From the NCBI GenBank assembly GCA_017478225.1, contig JAFVDX010000011.1, positions 90,953 to 154,952 of the forward strand: a DNA stretch of 64,000 nt, written 5' to 3'. Position numbers and translations under genes: made by a program. Each line of letters opens with the position of its first letter. Position 1 is the stretch's first letter. The notes under the pieces were generated by a model. The model was not told the origin of the DNA, did not search any database, and saw nothing but the letters and a program-made list of their open reading frames with translations. This document shows positions 14,508-24,585 of the stretch, piece by piece. Source of the stretch: Paludibacteraceae bacterium (lineage in GTDB: Bacteria > Bacteroidota > Bacteroidia > Bacteroidales > Paludibacteraceae).

Positions 14508-15872
14508 ATGAGTAAAGTAATTAAACTGACTCGTGGTTTGGACTTGCAGATGTGCGGTGCGGCTGCCAAAGAAATCGGCAGTGTGTGTCGTCCGGATGTG
14601 TATCAGGTAGTGCCAGACCACTATGCCGGAATCACTCCACGACTGGATGTGAAGGAAGGCGACGAAGTGAAAGCCGGCTCGCCTCTCTTTCACGACAAGC
14701 AGTTTGTTCAGATGTTTTTTGCGTCACCTGTAAGCGGGAGAGTTAAAGCAATCGTCCGTGGTGAGCGCAGAAAAATCATGAGCATAGACATTGAAGCAGA
14801 TAGTCAGATTGACTATTTGCATTACGAGTGTAACTTGAGCCAAATGACAGGCGAGCAAGTAAAAGAATTGTTGCTCAAATCAGGAGTATGGTCGTATATC
14901 AAGCAGCGTCCATACGACTGCATTGCCAATCCGGCGCAAACTCCGAAGGCAGTGTTTGTCAGCAGTTTTGATAGTGCTCCATTAGCGCCTGATTATGAGT
15001 ATGTTCTTTCCGCAGAGACTACTGCCTTGCAGGCAGGTATATCGGCTCTTGCAAAGATAGCAGGCAAGAATGTTAATTTGGGCATTTGTCACTCAGCCGC
15101 CGCCACGCAATTCCGCCATCTGAAAGATGTTGAAATCACAGAATTTGCAGGTCCACACCCCGCAGGTAATGTAGGAGTGCAAATCAATCATGTAAATCCG
15201 GTAAATAAAGGAGAAGTGGTTTGGACAGTAAATATCCAAGATGTAGTTATTATTGGTCGTTTGCTTCTTAAAGGCATAGTTGACATGCAGAAGTTGGTAG
15301 CACTGACCGGTCCGTTGGTTGTATCTCCTAAATACTACAGAGTATTGCCTGGTATGCCACTCACCGCTGTTTTTGGTGCTAATTGTCAGAAGGGTCTGCC
15401 TATACGCTACATAGCAGGAAATGTATTGTCCGGGCATCAGGTTAATTTAGACGAAACTATTTCCCCATACGACAATCAATATACTGCAATTGATGAAGGT
15501 TCCGAGACGCATGAGTTTATGGGTTGGTTAATGCCACGATTCCATACCTTCAGTCAGAACCATTCTGTACCATCTGCTTTTATGCGTTGCTTGACTAAGG
15601 CGGAGAATTGGGTATATGACGCTCGTATGCTTGGTGGCAGGAGAGCAATTATCGTTAGTGGTGAATACGATAAAGTATTCCCTATGGATATCTATCCTGA
15701 ATATCTTATTAAGGCTATGATTGCCGGCAATTTGGACAAGATGGAGCAATTGGGAGCCTACGAGGTAGCACCCGAAGATTTCGCTTTGTGCGAATATGTT
15801 TGCACCAGCAAGATGCCGCTTCAGGCTATAGTTAGAACAGCATTAGATAATATGAGAAAGGAGCTTGAATAA
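14508..15872 (+). CDS. nqrA: Na+-translocating NADH:quinone oxidoreductase subunit A
   Basis: 454 aa with typical NqrA N-terminus (IKLTRGLDLQMCGAA). First gene of an nqr gene order. Confidence 0.9.
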   Translation: MSKVIKLTRGLDLQMCGAAAKEIGSVCRPDVYQVVPDHYAGITPRLDVKEGDEVKAGSPLFHDKQFVQMFFASPVSGRVKAIVRGERRKIMSIDIEADSQIDYLHYECNLSQMTGEQVKELLLKSGVWSYIKQRPYDCIANPAQTPKAVFVSSFDSAPLAPDYEYVLSAETTALQAGISALAKIAGKNVNLGICHSAAATQFRHLKDVEITEFAGPHPAGNVGVQINHVNPVNKGEVVWTVNIQDVVIIGRLLLKGIVDMQKLVALTGPLVVSPKYYRVLPGMPLTAVFGANCQKGLPIRYIAGNVLSGHQVNLDETISPYDNQYTAIDEGSETHEFMGWLMPRFHTFSQNHSVPSAFMRCLTKAENWVYDARMLGGRRAIIVSGEYDKVFPMDIYPEYLIKAMIAGNLDKMEQLGAYEVAPEDFALCEYVCTSKMPLQAIVRTALDNMRKELE

Positions 15873-17098
15873 TGAAATGGTTATATAATATAGTAGAGAA
15901 GTTGCGTCCGTCGTTTGAAGAAGGCGGCAAACTGCATGCGTTCCACTCATTATTTGATGGATTCGACACTTTTTTATTCACCCCCAATACTACTTCAAAG
16001 CGTATAGGAGCGCAGGTTCATGACGCGACCGACTCTAAGCGCACAATGATAGTGGTTGTGTTAGCATTGGTACCTGCCATGTTGTTTGGTATGTTCAATG
16101 TTGGTTATCAACATTTTCTTGCCACAGGCGAGATAGTAGCAGGTGGCATGACATGGGCATTGTTCTGGAAAGCCTTTGCTTTTGGTCTTTTAGCTTTGCT
16201 GCCATTTATTATTGTCAGTTATGTTGTAGGATTAGGAATAGAATTTACTGTGGCTCAGTGGAAAAAAGAAGAGATTGCAGAAGGTTTCCTCGTTACGGGC
16301 TTTTTGATTCCTCTTATTGTGCCTATTGACACTCCTCTATGGATGGTAGCCATAGCCACTGCCTTTGCAGTCATTTTCGCTAAAGAGATATTTGGTGGCA
16401 CGGGCTATAACATCTTCAATGTAGCATTGATTACTCGTGCATTCTTGTTCTTTGCCTATCCAACCAAGATGTCTGGCGACAAAGTGTTTGTTCGCATAGG
16501 AGGCACATGGGGTTGGGATAACGGACAAGCGTTAGTGGACGGCTTTTCCGGTGCGACTCCTCTTGGTCAGATAGCCACTGCACAAGAGCCCACAATTGCC
16601 TTGACCAACACAGTAGGCAGTCCGTTGTCGTTTATTGATGCAATGAATGGTTTGTACCCCGGCTCAGTGGGTGAGACTTGTGTTTGGGCTATCCTACTTG
16701 GTGCATGCTTGCTTTTGATAACAGGTGTGGCAAGTTGGAAAACAATGCTATCGATATTTGTTGGTGGAGGTTTGATGGCTTGGATATTCAATATCTCGGG
16801 TATTGATAATGCAGCAGCCAACACTCCATGGTATATGCACTTAGTTTTAGGAGGATTTGCATTTGGTGCAGTATTTATGGCAACCGACCCTGTAACATCA
16901 GCACGCACAGAATGTGGCAAGTGGATATATGGTTTCTTGATTGGTGTGATGGCAATCACTATTCGTGTTCTCAATCCGGGTTATCCTGAAGGCATGATGC
17001 TTGCTATATTGCTTATGAATGCTTTTGCTCCGCTCATCGACTGGTGCGTTGTGAAAGTAAATATCAATAAACGAATGAAAAGAGCAACTATAAAATAA
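15872..17098 (+). CDS. nqrB: Na+-NQR subunit B
   Basis: Polytopic membrane protein with FMN-attachment context GFSGATPLG. Its start overlaps the nqrA stop (TAATG). Confidence 0.9.
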   Translation: MKWLYNIVEKLRPSFEEGGKLHAFHSLFDGFDTFLFTPNTTSKRIGAQVHDATDSKRTMIVVVLALVPAMLFGMFNVGYQHFLATGEIVAGGMTWALFWKAFAFGLLALLPFIIVSYVVGLGIEFTVAQWKKEEIAEGFLVTGFLIPLIVPIDTPLWMVAIATAFAVIFAKEIFGGTGYNIFNVALITRAFLFFAYPTKMSGDKVFVRIGGTWGWDNGQALVDGFSGATPLGQIATAQEPTIALTNTVGSPLSFIDAMNGLYPGSVGETCVWAILLGACLLLITGVASWKTMLSIFVGGGLMAWIFNISGIDNAAANTPWYMHLVLGGFAFGAVFMATDPVTSARTECGKWIYGFLIGVMAITIRVLNPGYPEGMMLAILLMNAFAPLIDWCVVKVNINKRMKRATIK

Positions 17099-17107
17099 AT
17101 ATAGATT

Positions 17108-17863
17108 ATGAAAAAGTTAGATACCAATAGTAATGTATATACCATAGTCTATGCAACGGTTATGGTTGTTATTGTGGCTCTTCTATTGGCTGTTGTTTCG
17201 TCGGCACTCAAGCCCAAACAGCAGGCAAATGTGGAGCTAGACAGAAAAAAACAGGTATTGAGTTCGCTCAATATAGACCTAAAAGGTCAAGACGCAGAGG
17301 CTCTCTACGCTCAACTCATCAGCGAACAGCAAATTGATGGCAAGCAGGTGTTTGTAGCAACACTTGAAGATGGTTCTAAAAAATATATCATCCCGATGCA
17401 TGGTGCAGGTCTATGGGGAGCCATTTGGGGATATATCGCTCTTGATGACGACAAAAACACTATCTATGGTACTTATTTTAACCATGATAGTGAGACTCCG
17501 GGTTTAGGAGGTGAGATTACCACACGCTATTTCCAGACACGCTTCAACGGCAAACACATATTGGGAGCAGAAGGCTACCAAATGGAGATAGTTAAAGGCG
17601 AAGCACAGGGCGAACAGGTTCAAGCAATTTCAGGCGCCACTATCACCTCTAAAGGAGTTGAGACAATGATCAACACCACTTTGTCTGATTATTTATCGTT
17701 CTTAAGCGGAAATGGCAGTTGTGAGGCCGGACAGAGCAGTGCAGAGTCAAATATCATTGCCATTGAGACCAAAGAGCAAGTAGAGCCTCAAGTAGTAGAA
17801 GAAGTAAATGACCCTTATCAAGAGGTTGAACCGGCCGAAGTTGCGGCAAGTATTAACGAATAA
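17108..17863 (+). CDS. nqrC: Na+-NQR subunit C (with acidic C-terminal tail)
   Basis: N-terminal TM segment and FMN-attachment motif ISGATITSKG. Confidence 0.9.
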   Translation: MKKLDTNSNVYTIVYATVMVVIVALLLAVVSSALKPKQQANVELDRKKQVLSSLNIDLKGQDAEALYAQLISEQQIDGKQVFVATLEDGSKKYIIPMHGAGLWGAIWGYIALDDDKNTIYGTYFNHDSETPGLGGEITTRYFQTRFNGKHILGAEGYQMEIVKGEAQGEQVQAISGATITSKGVETMINTTLSDYLSFLSGNGSCEAGQSSAESNIIAIETKEQVEPQVVEEVNDPYQEVEPAEVAASINE

Positions 17864-17871
17864 GAGGAGAA

Positions 17872-18501
17872 TTGAATATGAAATTATCAGATAAAACTCG
17901 TGAGACCTTACTTGGTCCATTGAATGTGAACAACCCTGTTGTTGTTCAGGTTTTGGGTATTTGTTCTGCATTGGCAGTTACAGTGCAACTCAAGCCTGCT
18001 TTGGTAATGGGAATTGCAGTAACGATTATCGTTGCCATGTCTAATGTGATTATATCTTTGCTTCGCAACACCATACCGATGCGAATCCGTATTATCGTAC
18101 AATTGGTAGTAGTGGCAGCGTTGGTTACTTTAGTGAGTGAAGTGCTTCGTGCTTTTGCATACGATGTGTCAGTACAGTTGTCGGTATATATTGGTCTTAT
18201 CATTACCAACTGTATATTGATGGGTCGTTTGGAGGCTTTTGCTATGACAAATGGTCCTTGGGATAGTTTTCTTGACGGACTGGGCAATGGTTTAGGTTAT
18301 GCAATTATTCTTGTTATTGTAGCCTTTTTCCGTGAATTGCTCGGTTCAGGTTCATTACTTGGATTCCAAGTGATTCCCCAATGGTGCTTTGAGCACGGAT
18401 ATGTAAATAATGGTATGATGATGATGCCAGCAATGGCACTTATCCTTGTAGGATGCATTATATGGGTTCATAGAAGTATTAACAAAGAAGAAAAGAAATA
18501 A
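17872..18501 (+). CDS. nqrD: Na+-NQR subunit D
   Basis: NqrD/RnfE family sequence (NPVVVQVLGICSALAVT). Confidence 0.9.
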   Translation: MNMKLSDKTRETLLGPLNVNNPVVVQVLGICSALAVTVQLKPALVMGIAVTIIVAMSNVIISLLRNTIPMRIRIIVQLVVVAALVTLVSEVLRAFAYDVSVQLSVYIGLIITNCILMGRLEAFAMTNGPWDSFLDGLGNGLGYAIILVIVAFFRELLGSGSLLGFQVIPQWCFEHGYVNNGMMMMPAMALILVGCIIWVHRSINKEEKK

Positions 18502-18504
18502 ATT

Positions 18505-19134
18505 ATGGAACACGCACTTAGTTTATTTGTTCGCAGCATATTTGCTGACAACATGATATTTGCATACTTCTTGGGTATGTGTTCTTATTTGGCAGTGTCA
18601 AAAGATGTGAAGACAAGTGCAGGTTTGGGTGTTGCAGTAACTTTTGTGTTGCTTGTTACCCTACCCGTCAATTATCTTTTGCAAGTATATGTACTCGGTC
18701 CTAATTGCCTCGTAGAGGGTGTAGATTTGAGTTACTTGAGTTTCATCATATTTATTGCTGTCATTGCCGCTATCGTACAAATTGTAGAAATGGTTGTAGA
18801 GAAATACTCGCCATCGCTATATGCCTCGTTAGGTATATTCTTGCCATTGATAGCAGTAAACTGCGCTATTATGGGTTGCTCGTTGTTCATGCAACAACGC
18901 GTTAGTTTGGCAGATACCGACCCAAAAGCAATAACATCAATAGTTGATGCAATAATGTATGCGTTGGGTTCTGGTATAGGTTGGTTTATGGCTATTGTAT
19001 GTCTTGCCGGTATTCGCGAGAAGATGGAATACAACGATGTACCCAAACCACTTCAAGGATTAGGTATCACTTTTATTACTGTAGGTTTGATGGCTATGGC
19101 ATTCATGTGCTTCAGCGGAATCAACATAGGATAA
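18505..19134 (+). CDS. nqrE: Na+-NQR subunit E
   Basis: NqrE/RnfA family sequence ([17 protein letters not shown]...[12 protein letters not shown]). Confidence 0.9.
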   Translation: MEHALSLFVRSIFADNMIFAYFLGMCSYLAVSKDVKTSAGLGVAVTFVLLVTLPVNYLLQVYVLGPNCLVEGVDLSYLSFIIFIAVIAAIVQIVEMVVEKYSPSLYASLGIFLPLIAVNCAIMGCSLFMQQRVSLADTDPKAITSIVDAIMYALGSGIGWFMAIVCLAGIREKMEYNDVPKPLQGLGITFITVGLMAMAFMCFSGINIG

Positions 19135-19151
19135 ACAACAATACTTATAAT

Positions 19152-19185
19152 AAAAGAGGCTGCCAACATAGGTAGCCTCTTTTAT
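19152..19185. terminator. Bidirectional hairpin terminator after nqrE
   Basis: AGAGGCT-N12-AGCCTCT, flanked by an A run and a T run. Confidence 0.55.
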
Positions 19186-19224
19186 TATCGCTAATCAGCA
19201 ATATCTTCAATTAGGCGTTTGCTC

Positions 19225-20823
19225 TTAGTCTTTCCTGATATAATCAATAGCGGCTTCGAGTTGATTATCTCGCCCTTGCTCTACAAAGAGTGTGGTATCA
19301 AGAGGCACTTGAATGTCTGGGATAACACCTACACCTTCAATAGGATGATGGTCGTTTCCATAGAGACAGACATATTTAGGAATGTATCCATATATGGCGG
19401 TAACATTTTCTTCGCCGAAAGCACCTGAATAGGTAGCACTATAATCTGCAGGATTCGTATTGAGAGCGCTCAGTGCCCCATAGGTCCTTGTGCCGATAAA
19501 ACAGCCGTTAGGTTGTTGAGTTACTCCCCACGCTGTATTTTCCGCCATACTTCCTGAACGACTATTTGCCAGCACTACTATTGGAGCAGAAGATACAACT
19601 GCATGTTCTTGTTCTAATGTTGGCACAACGAAATTCATCAATGGACTGAAATCGTATCTTCCCACACCATTTTTCACCCTTAGTACATGAGAGTTATACC
19701 CTCCGGCGGGTAGCAGTGCTCCAAGAACAAACTGATAGTCGTTGACATATCCTCCACCATTGTTTCTCACATCCAAAATAATTCCTCCAAGCGAGTCTTC
19801 ATTAGAGAATTGTTGTACTTGCCTGAACCACCTTTGCCATACTCTGTCCACCGCCAATTGATACGAATAGAGCATAGATGTAGTATCCGCTGTACGCATT
19901 GAAGAAACGAGATTAGGAGTAAGACCGAAAGCAGAGAGTCGTAAGTACAATATATTTCCATCGAAAAGCGAGTATTCTATAGATTTAAGAGCGGACTCAG
20001 CAAGATTAGCATCTGCTTTCGACAACACCACTCCTATTTGTTTTCCTAAGATATAATACATGTCACAATATGTATTATATAGAGGTATGATTTTAGAAAT
20101 GAGCGATGCGTTGATGGCCGTTGAGTTAAGAATACTATCTAATTCGTAAGTTTCAGAAAGCATTTGTTTTGCCGATTCATAAATAGAGTCGTTAAGTTGG
20201 TTTGGTCCGCCGCTTTTATCTATTTCTTCAATATATATTTGTGTTTTTTCTTTGGCTAAATTAAGTACACGAGCAATATGCTCAAACGACATAGTATTTG
20301 CGTTAGCATTGTCATATTCTATAATCCGATATTTGGGATTTGTATAGTCAGAACTATATACATTAAGATTCGTTATATATTTTCCTTCTATTGCAAATTG
20401 CTCTCCTCGCTCGCGCTTATTACGGGCTTGACCGGGATTGAGAATAATGTATTTACCTGTATGCAGGTTTTTAATTTGCAACTGAAGGTGACCATCATGA
20501 AGTGAATCAACAAATTGAGAATAGAGCGAATATAATTCGTTGTTTGTTACTTGCTTATGTTTTGTTGTGTCGTCAAGTTCCTCAAACTTAGGCAGATAGG
20601 TTTCGTACACTTGGTCCCAATCAAGACCACATTTATATTCATAATCCCAAATGGAATAATTCTCGTTCATCGCCAACCAAAAAGACTTGAATTCTTCGGT
20701 AAAATTCCTTTTAGCATTTGAATAGACTTGGTTGTCGTTTTGCCCGTACGATAGAAGTTCATCGCTTTCAGGACGACAAGAAAATAAAGAAAGTAAAAGT
20801 AATATGTATGTATATTTTTTCAT
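19225..20823 (-). CDS. S41 family peptidase (tail-specific protease-like) lipoprotein
   Basis: Lipobox LLSLFSC. S41-type block GGIILDVRNNGGGYV. Confidence 0.75.
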   Translation of the reverse strand: MKKYTYILLLLSLFSCRPESDELLSYGQNDNQVYSNAKRNFTEEFKSFWLAMNENYSIWDYEYKCGLDWDQVYETYLPKFEELDDTTKHKQVTNNELYSLYSQFVDSLHDGHLQLQIKNLHTGKYIILNPGQARNKRERGEQFAIEGKYITNLNVYSSDYTNPKYRIIEYDNANANTMSFEHIARVLNLAKEKTQIYIEEIDKSGGPNQLNDSIYESAKQMLSETYELDSILNSTAINASLISKIIPLYNTYCDMYYILGKQIGVVLSKADANLAESALKSIEYSLFDGNILYLRLSAFGLTPNLVSSMRTADTTSMLYSYQLAVDRVWQRWFRQVQQFSNEDSLGGIILDVRNNGGGYVNDYQFVLGALLPAGGYNSHVLRVKNGVGRYDFSPLMNFVVPTLEQEHAVVSSAPIVVLANSRSGSMAENTAWGVTQQPNGCFIGTRTYGALSALNTNPADYSATYSGAFGEENVTAIYGYIPKYVCLYGNDHHPIEGVGVIPDIQVPLDTTLFVEQGRDNQLEAAIDYIRKD

Positions 20824-20837
20824 TGTAGATTTAGTAA

Positions 20838-21503
20838 TTAGAATATATAACTAAAACCTGCTTGCAAAGTGATTGTAGTATTATATCGATAGTCATTGAT
20901 TTCCATATATTGTTTAACCGTACTTATGAAACTATAGTAACTTCTGGTTTCCAGATGTACTGCCCAATGCTCATGCGGCAGATATTCTATTCCTATACCT
21001 GCTACTAAGCCAAAATCTGCTCTTTGGTCTTTTTGTTTAATAAACTGATATGCTTGATTTACTTTCTCTGTCTCATAGGATAGAGTGTTGTAATAAGTGC
21101 CTTTTTGTTTGCTTGCTAACCAGCACCCCGCATAGACTCCTGTGTTGACGAATCCTCTTACTTTCTGCCCGCCAAAACTAAACGAGACCATAACGGGCAA
21201 CTGCAAATAGGTATTGGTGGTTGTATAATTTGTACCACTATAAATACCTGTTCTATAAAATCTATAGTCTTTTTCAATTGCCTCAATCTCTGCTCTGAGT
21301 GCGAGCCATTGTCTGAAGTTATACTGAGTAAACAAGGCCACATTCCACCCCCAAACACCTGAATAGTGATAGTCGGTCTGATAATGAGTATTGATAGAAT
21401 AGTGATTATAGTCTCCACCTGCAGACGCCCCTAAACGCCATTGAGCATGTGCTGCAAAGGGAAATAAAATAAAGAATAAAAAAATATAGATTAATTTCTT
21501 CAT
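20838..21503 (-). CDS. Outer-membrane beta-barrel protein (porin family)
   Basis: Signal peptide MKKLIYIFLFFILFPFAAHAQ, alternating-strand pattern and terminal GFSYIF. The start is moved to the second ATG. Confidence 0.6.
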   Translation of the reverse strand: MKKLIYIFLFFILFPFAAHAQWRLGASAGGDYNHYSINTHYQTDYHYSGVWGWNVALFTQYNFRQWLALRAEIEAIEKDYRFYRTGIYSGTNYTTTNTYLQLPVMVSFSFGGQKVRGFVNTGVYAGCWLASKQKGTYYNTLSYETEKVNQAYQFIKQKDQRADFGLVAGIGIEYLPHEHWAVHLETRSYYSFISTVKQYMEINDYRYNTTITLQAGFSYIF

Positions 21504-21539
21504 ACTTTTAAGATAAGTAAATGCGTTTGAAGTCATACA

Positions 21540-21764
21540 CTACTTATGCATGACAATAATGTGAGGAACAGAAATAAATATATCGGTTACTTTATTCCAT
21601 TTTATACTATAGATAAAGTTTTTAAATAATGGCTCTGAATTCATTTCACCATTATATCCAACAGCAAACATCACATACTCATATTCTGCTTGCTGGCATG
21701 CACACAAACTGACAGCCACAACAACTAAAAAAACATATATTAATACTACGACACATAATAGCAT
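21540..21764 (-). CDS. Small hypothetical membrane/lipoprotein (weak call)
   Basis: Hydrophobic N-terminus with Cys. No other support. Confidence 0.2.
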   Translation of the reverse strand: MLLCVVVLIYVFLVVVAVSLCACQQAEYEYVMFAVGYNGEMNSEPLFKNFIYSIKWNKVTDIFISVPHIIVMHK

Positions 21765-21830
21765 AGAGATGTTTTTGTGTGAATATAAAAAACTAATAAC
21801 TCTTTAAAAGAATATATACAAAACAGGTTA

Positions 21831-22472
21831 CTATGGAAATCTATATCCTACTCCTACAGAAAATAGTCTGGAACCTAACATGTATATGTCTTTATTTAGG
21901 AGTGAATTAAGCATACCCAATTCGAAAGTGTCATATCAATGCTTACCTCCCGCCATCATACCTATCAAATTAAGATTAAAAGCAGGAGCACATTTTACTT
22001 TATGTTGGTTGTCGAATGCGATATTTACACCAACTGCCAAACCGCTATAAAGATTAACCCATTGACTATGATACCATACAAAACGGATAGTTGGCATAAA
22101 TACAAGATTGTAGTTGTTGATATATTTGGTGTCGGATATAGGCATGTGTTGATTGTTGTAGGTCGTTTCTTGCCAAAATATCCCTTCAAAATCCACCTGT
22201 CCCCCTACCTCAAGCCAACGCAATACATTATAGTGATAGTCTGCAAATAAATAACCTGTATAGGAATGATGATGCAGGGCAGAGTATGTGTAATTGTCGG
22301 GGTAAGATAACTTATCAACCCATGTGTTAGATTTGCGATAATAAAATGCCACAGTTTCAAACAGCATATCTCCCCAACCAATTCTCACTTCGTGTTGCTT
22401 GAACGCATTTTCAACTGATTCAGAAGAATAAGCAACCAACGCAAAAAAACTTATAATATAAAAAAACAACAA
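21831..22472 (-). pseudogene. Outer-membrane beta-barrel gene interrupted by an in-frame TGA (21936..21938)
   Basis: After ...LIGMMAGGKH-TGA the same frame continues YDTFELGMLNSLLNKDIYMLGSRLFSVGVGYRFP-TAG, a typical OMP C-terminal strand. The only start candidate is a TTG. Confidence 0.5.
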
Positions 22473-22627
22473 AAATCCTTGTTATTAACTATATAATATT
22501 AGCATTGTTACACACTTTATTTTCTCTGTGGATTACTTAATTACAGAATCTTGCAATCCTGAAAGCGCAAAATTATATATTTCTGAATAAACTCACAACA
22601 AAAAATTGCCATAACAAAATAAAATAG

Positions 22628-22635
22628 TAACTTTG
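22628..22635 (+). promoter_or_regulatory. -7 box TAACTTTG for the GH53 gene
   Basis: Matches TAnnTTTG, about 48 nt upstream of the ATG. Confidence 0.4.
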
Positions 22636-22682
22636 CAGCGTCGCAGCGATTAACTTAAATCAATCTTTTAAACTAATTTTAT

Positions 22683-23771
22683 ATGAAAAACATTATCAAT
22701 TTTTGCCTTTTAGTTTGTGTTACGATAGTTAGTTCATGTTCTTATAAGACCGATTCAGCCGTTGGTACTTTTGCGAGAGGTGCAGACTTGAGTTGGTTGA
22801 GCGAGCAAGAGCGCGATGGAGTACTATTCTATAACGACGAAGGTCAGGCCACAGAATGTATTGCATTGCTTCGTTCATTGGGTATGAATTCAGTGCGACT
22901 TCGTGTTTGGGTAAATCATGAGACAGGTTGGTGTAACAAAGCCGATGTTGTAAACAAAGCCATCAAGGCAGCCAAACAAGGTCAGCGCATAATGATTGAT
23001 TTTCACTATTCAGACAATTTTGCAGATCCGCAGCACCAAACTATCCCTGCTGCATGGAGCAATTATAGTTATGAGATGGCATGTGAGGCAGTGGCAGAGC
23101 ATACAAGAGATGTGCTCTATGCATTGAAGGAAGCCGGAATAAAGCCTGAATGGGTGCAAATAGGCAACGAAACGCCTAACGGAATGATGTGGCCGATGTG
23201 CAAACTTACAAATAAAGCAGAAAACGAGGATGGTTGTTGGGAGAGATATGCCGGACTTACTTTGGCAGGTTACAAAGCAGCCAAAGAGGCGTTTCCAAAG
23301 ACGAATGTAATTGTGCATGTGGACAATGCATACGAATATAGAGATTGGTTTTTCAAGAATATGCTTGAATATGGTGGTAAGTTTGACATGATAGGTCTGA
23401 GCCATTACCCTATGATGAAAATATGGAGTGGTAAAGAGTGGAAAGAGATGAATGAGTTGGCAGAGCATAATATCAGGAGTTTGATAAGAGAATTTCATTG
23501 CCCTGTGATGGTAGCAGAGGTAGGAACGATGAATTTTGACGATGAGTTATCGGCAGAGGTTATGAGGGATTTCGTAAACAGAGTAAGTCAGATAGATTCA
23601 TGCGTTGGTATATTCTATTGGGAACCGCAATGCTATGGAGGTTGGAAACCAAGAGAATATGACGCATTGGGGTGGGGTCCATACGATATGGGGTGCTTTA
23701 CTGAGGATGGTAAGCCGATGGAAGCACTGAAGATTTTGCTTAATCCTAATATGTCAGTAAGCCAAAAATAA
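22683..23771 (+). CDS. Glycoside hydrolase family 53 endo-beta-1,4-galactanase, lipoprotein
   Basis: GADLSWLSEQE...VRLRVWVN...MIDFHYSDNFADPQHQ...WVQIGNETPNGMMWP are typical GH53 blocks. Lipobox VSSC. Confidence 0.85.
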   Translation: MKNIINFCLLVCVTIVSSCSYKTDSAVGTFARGADLSWLSEQERDGVLFYNDEGQATECIALLRSLGMNSVRLRVWVNHETGWCNKADVVNKAIKAAKQGQRIMIDFHYSDNFADPQHQTIPAAWSNYSYEMACEAVAEHTRDVLYALKEAGIKPEWVQIGNETPNGMMWPMCKLTNKAENEDGCWERYAGLTLAGYKAAKEAFPKTNVIVHVDNAYEYRDWFFKNMLEYGGKFDMIGLSHYPMMKIWSGKEWKEMNELAEHNIRSLIREFHCPVMVAEVGTMNFDDELSAEVMRDFVNRVSQIDSCVGIFYWEPQCYGGWKPREYDALGWGPYDMGCFTEDGKPMEALKILLNPNMSVSQK

Positions 23772-23775
23772 TGAT

Positions 23776-24585
23776 TTACCAGCGTTGAGGGTGAATCAGT
23801 CCTCCGATTATACTTATCAACATATATATCGGATAGAGTAATTCGAGCAAGAATATCTCAACCAAACGGCGAAAAGAAAAGAAAGATGTTGGTTGGAGAT
23901 GATATTTTCTAATGGCACGACTCACAAGATAGCAGTCAAGCGGGAATTTCAAAAGGAATATAGGCGGTATCCACACTAACAGATTAGCAAGAAGAGTAAG
24001 GATACCACAACAAATTATATCTTTATCTTTATATTTAGGTGCTTTACCTGCCCAACGCATACGCTGACGAAGGAAGGCATGCAGATTCGGTTGAGGTTGA
24101 ACAGAAGCAATAAAACTATCATGGCACAGCGTCATGATTTTCAACCCACGGCGTTTGAAACTCTCCAATAGGAACATATCGTCTCCTGATGGAATTTCAA
24201 GATGCAGGTCTTTATAACTTTCTAACCATCTGTTTCGTCGGACAATCATATTTGCTCCACTACACATGACTGCATGGCCATGTTGCGCAGCCAGTAATGT
24301 CAGTGATTGAATTGCCAAATACTCTATTTGCTGCAAGCGTTCGATTAATGTTCCGTTGCCTTCAGTCATTGTAAGAGGCAATATGATAAGGTCTGTATCG
24401 GGAAATAATAAGTCAGGGACTTCAACATAGTCTTCTGCTTTATATTCATGGAAAACCATATCGTCATCCCTTAGCCAAACCAACTCGGTGGAAGCCTGAC
24501 TAATAAGTTTATTGAGAGCAAACTTTTTGCCTTTGCCCTCATCGTTGACCCCTCGCCGCGGAATTATGATTGCAATCTTTTCCAT
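23776..24585 (-). CDS. Family 2 glycosyltransferase-like protein
   Basis: DDD (DxD) motif and QRMRW (QxxRW) motif, with C-terminal TM segments. Confidence 0.6.
   Translation of the reverse strand: MEKIAIIIPRRGVNDEGKGKKFALNKLISQASTELVWLRDDDMVFHEYKAEDYVEVPDLLFPDTDLIILPLTMTEGNGTLIERLQQIEYLAIQSLTLLAAQHGHAVMCSGANMIVRRNRWLESYKDLHLEIPSGDDMFLLESFKRRGLKIMTLCHDSFIASVQPQPNLHAFLRQRMRWAGKAPKYKDKDIICCGILTLLANLLVWIPPIFLLKFPLDCYLVSRAIRKYHLQPTSFFSFRRLVEIFLLELLYPIYMLISIIGGLIHPQRW

Noticed and set aside
21936-21938. TGA recoding (Trp/Sec/Gly) as an explanation for the in-frame stop in the OMP gene
   Set aside because: TGA is used as an ordinary stop by confident genes in the window, e.g. 7553..8086 and the M49 peptidase. 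No SECIS-like context was evident. A nonsense mutation or sequencing error is more parsimonious.
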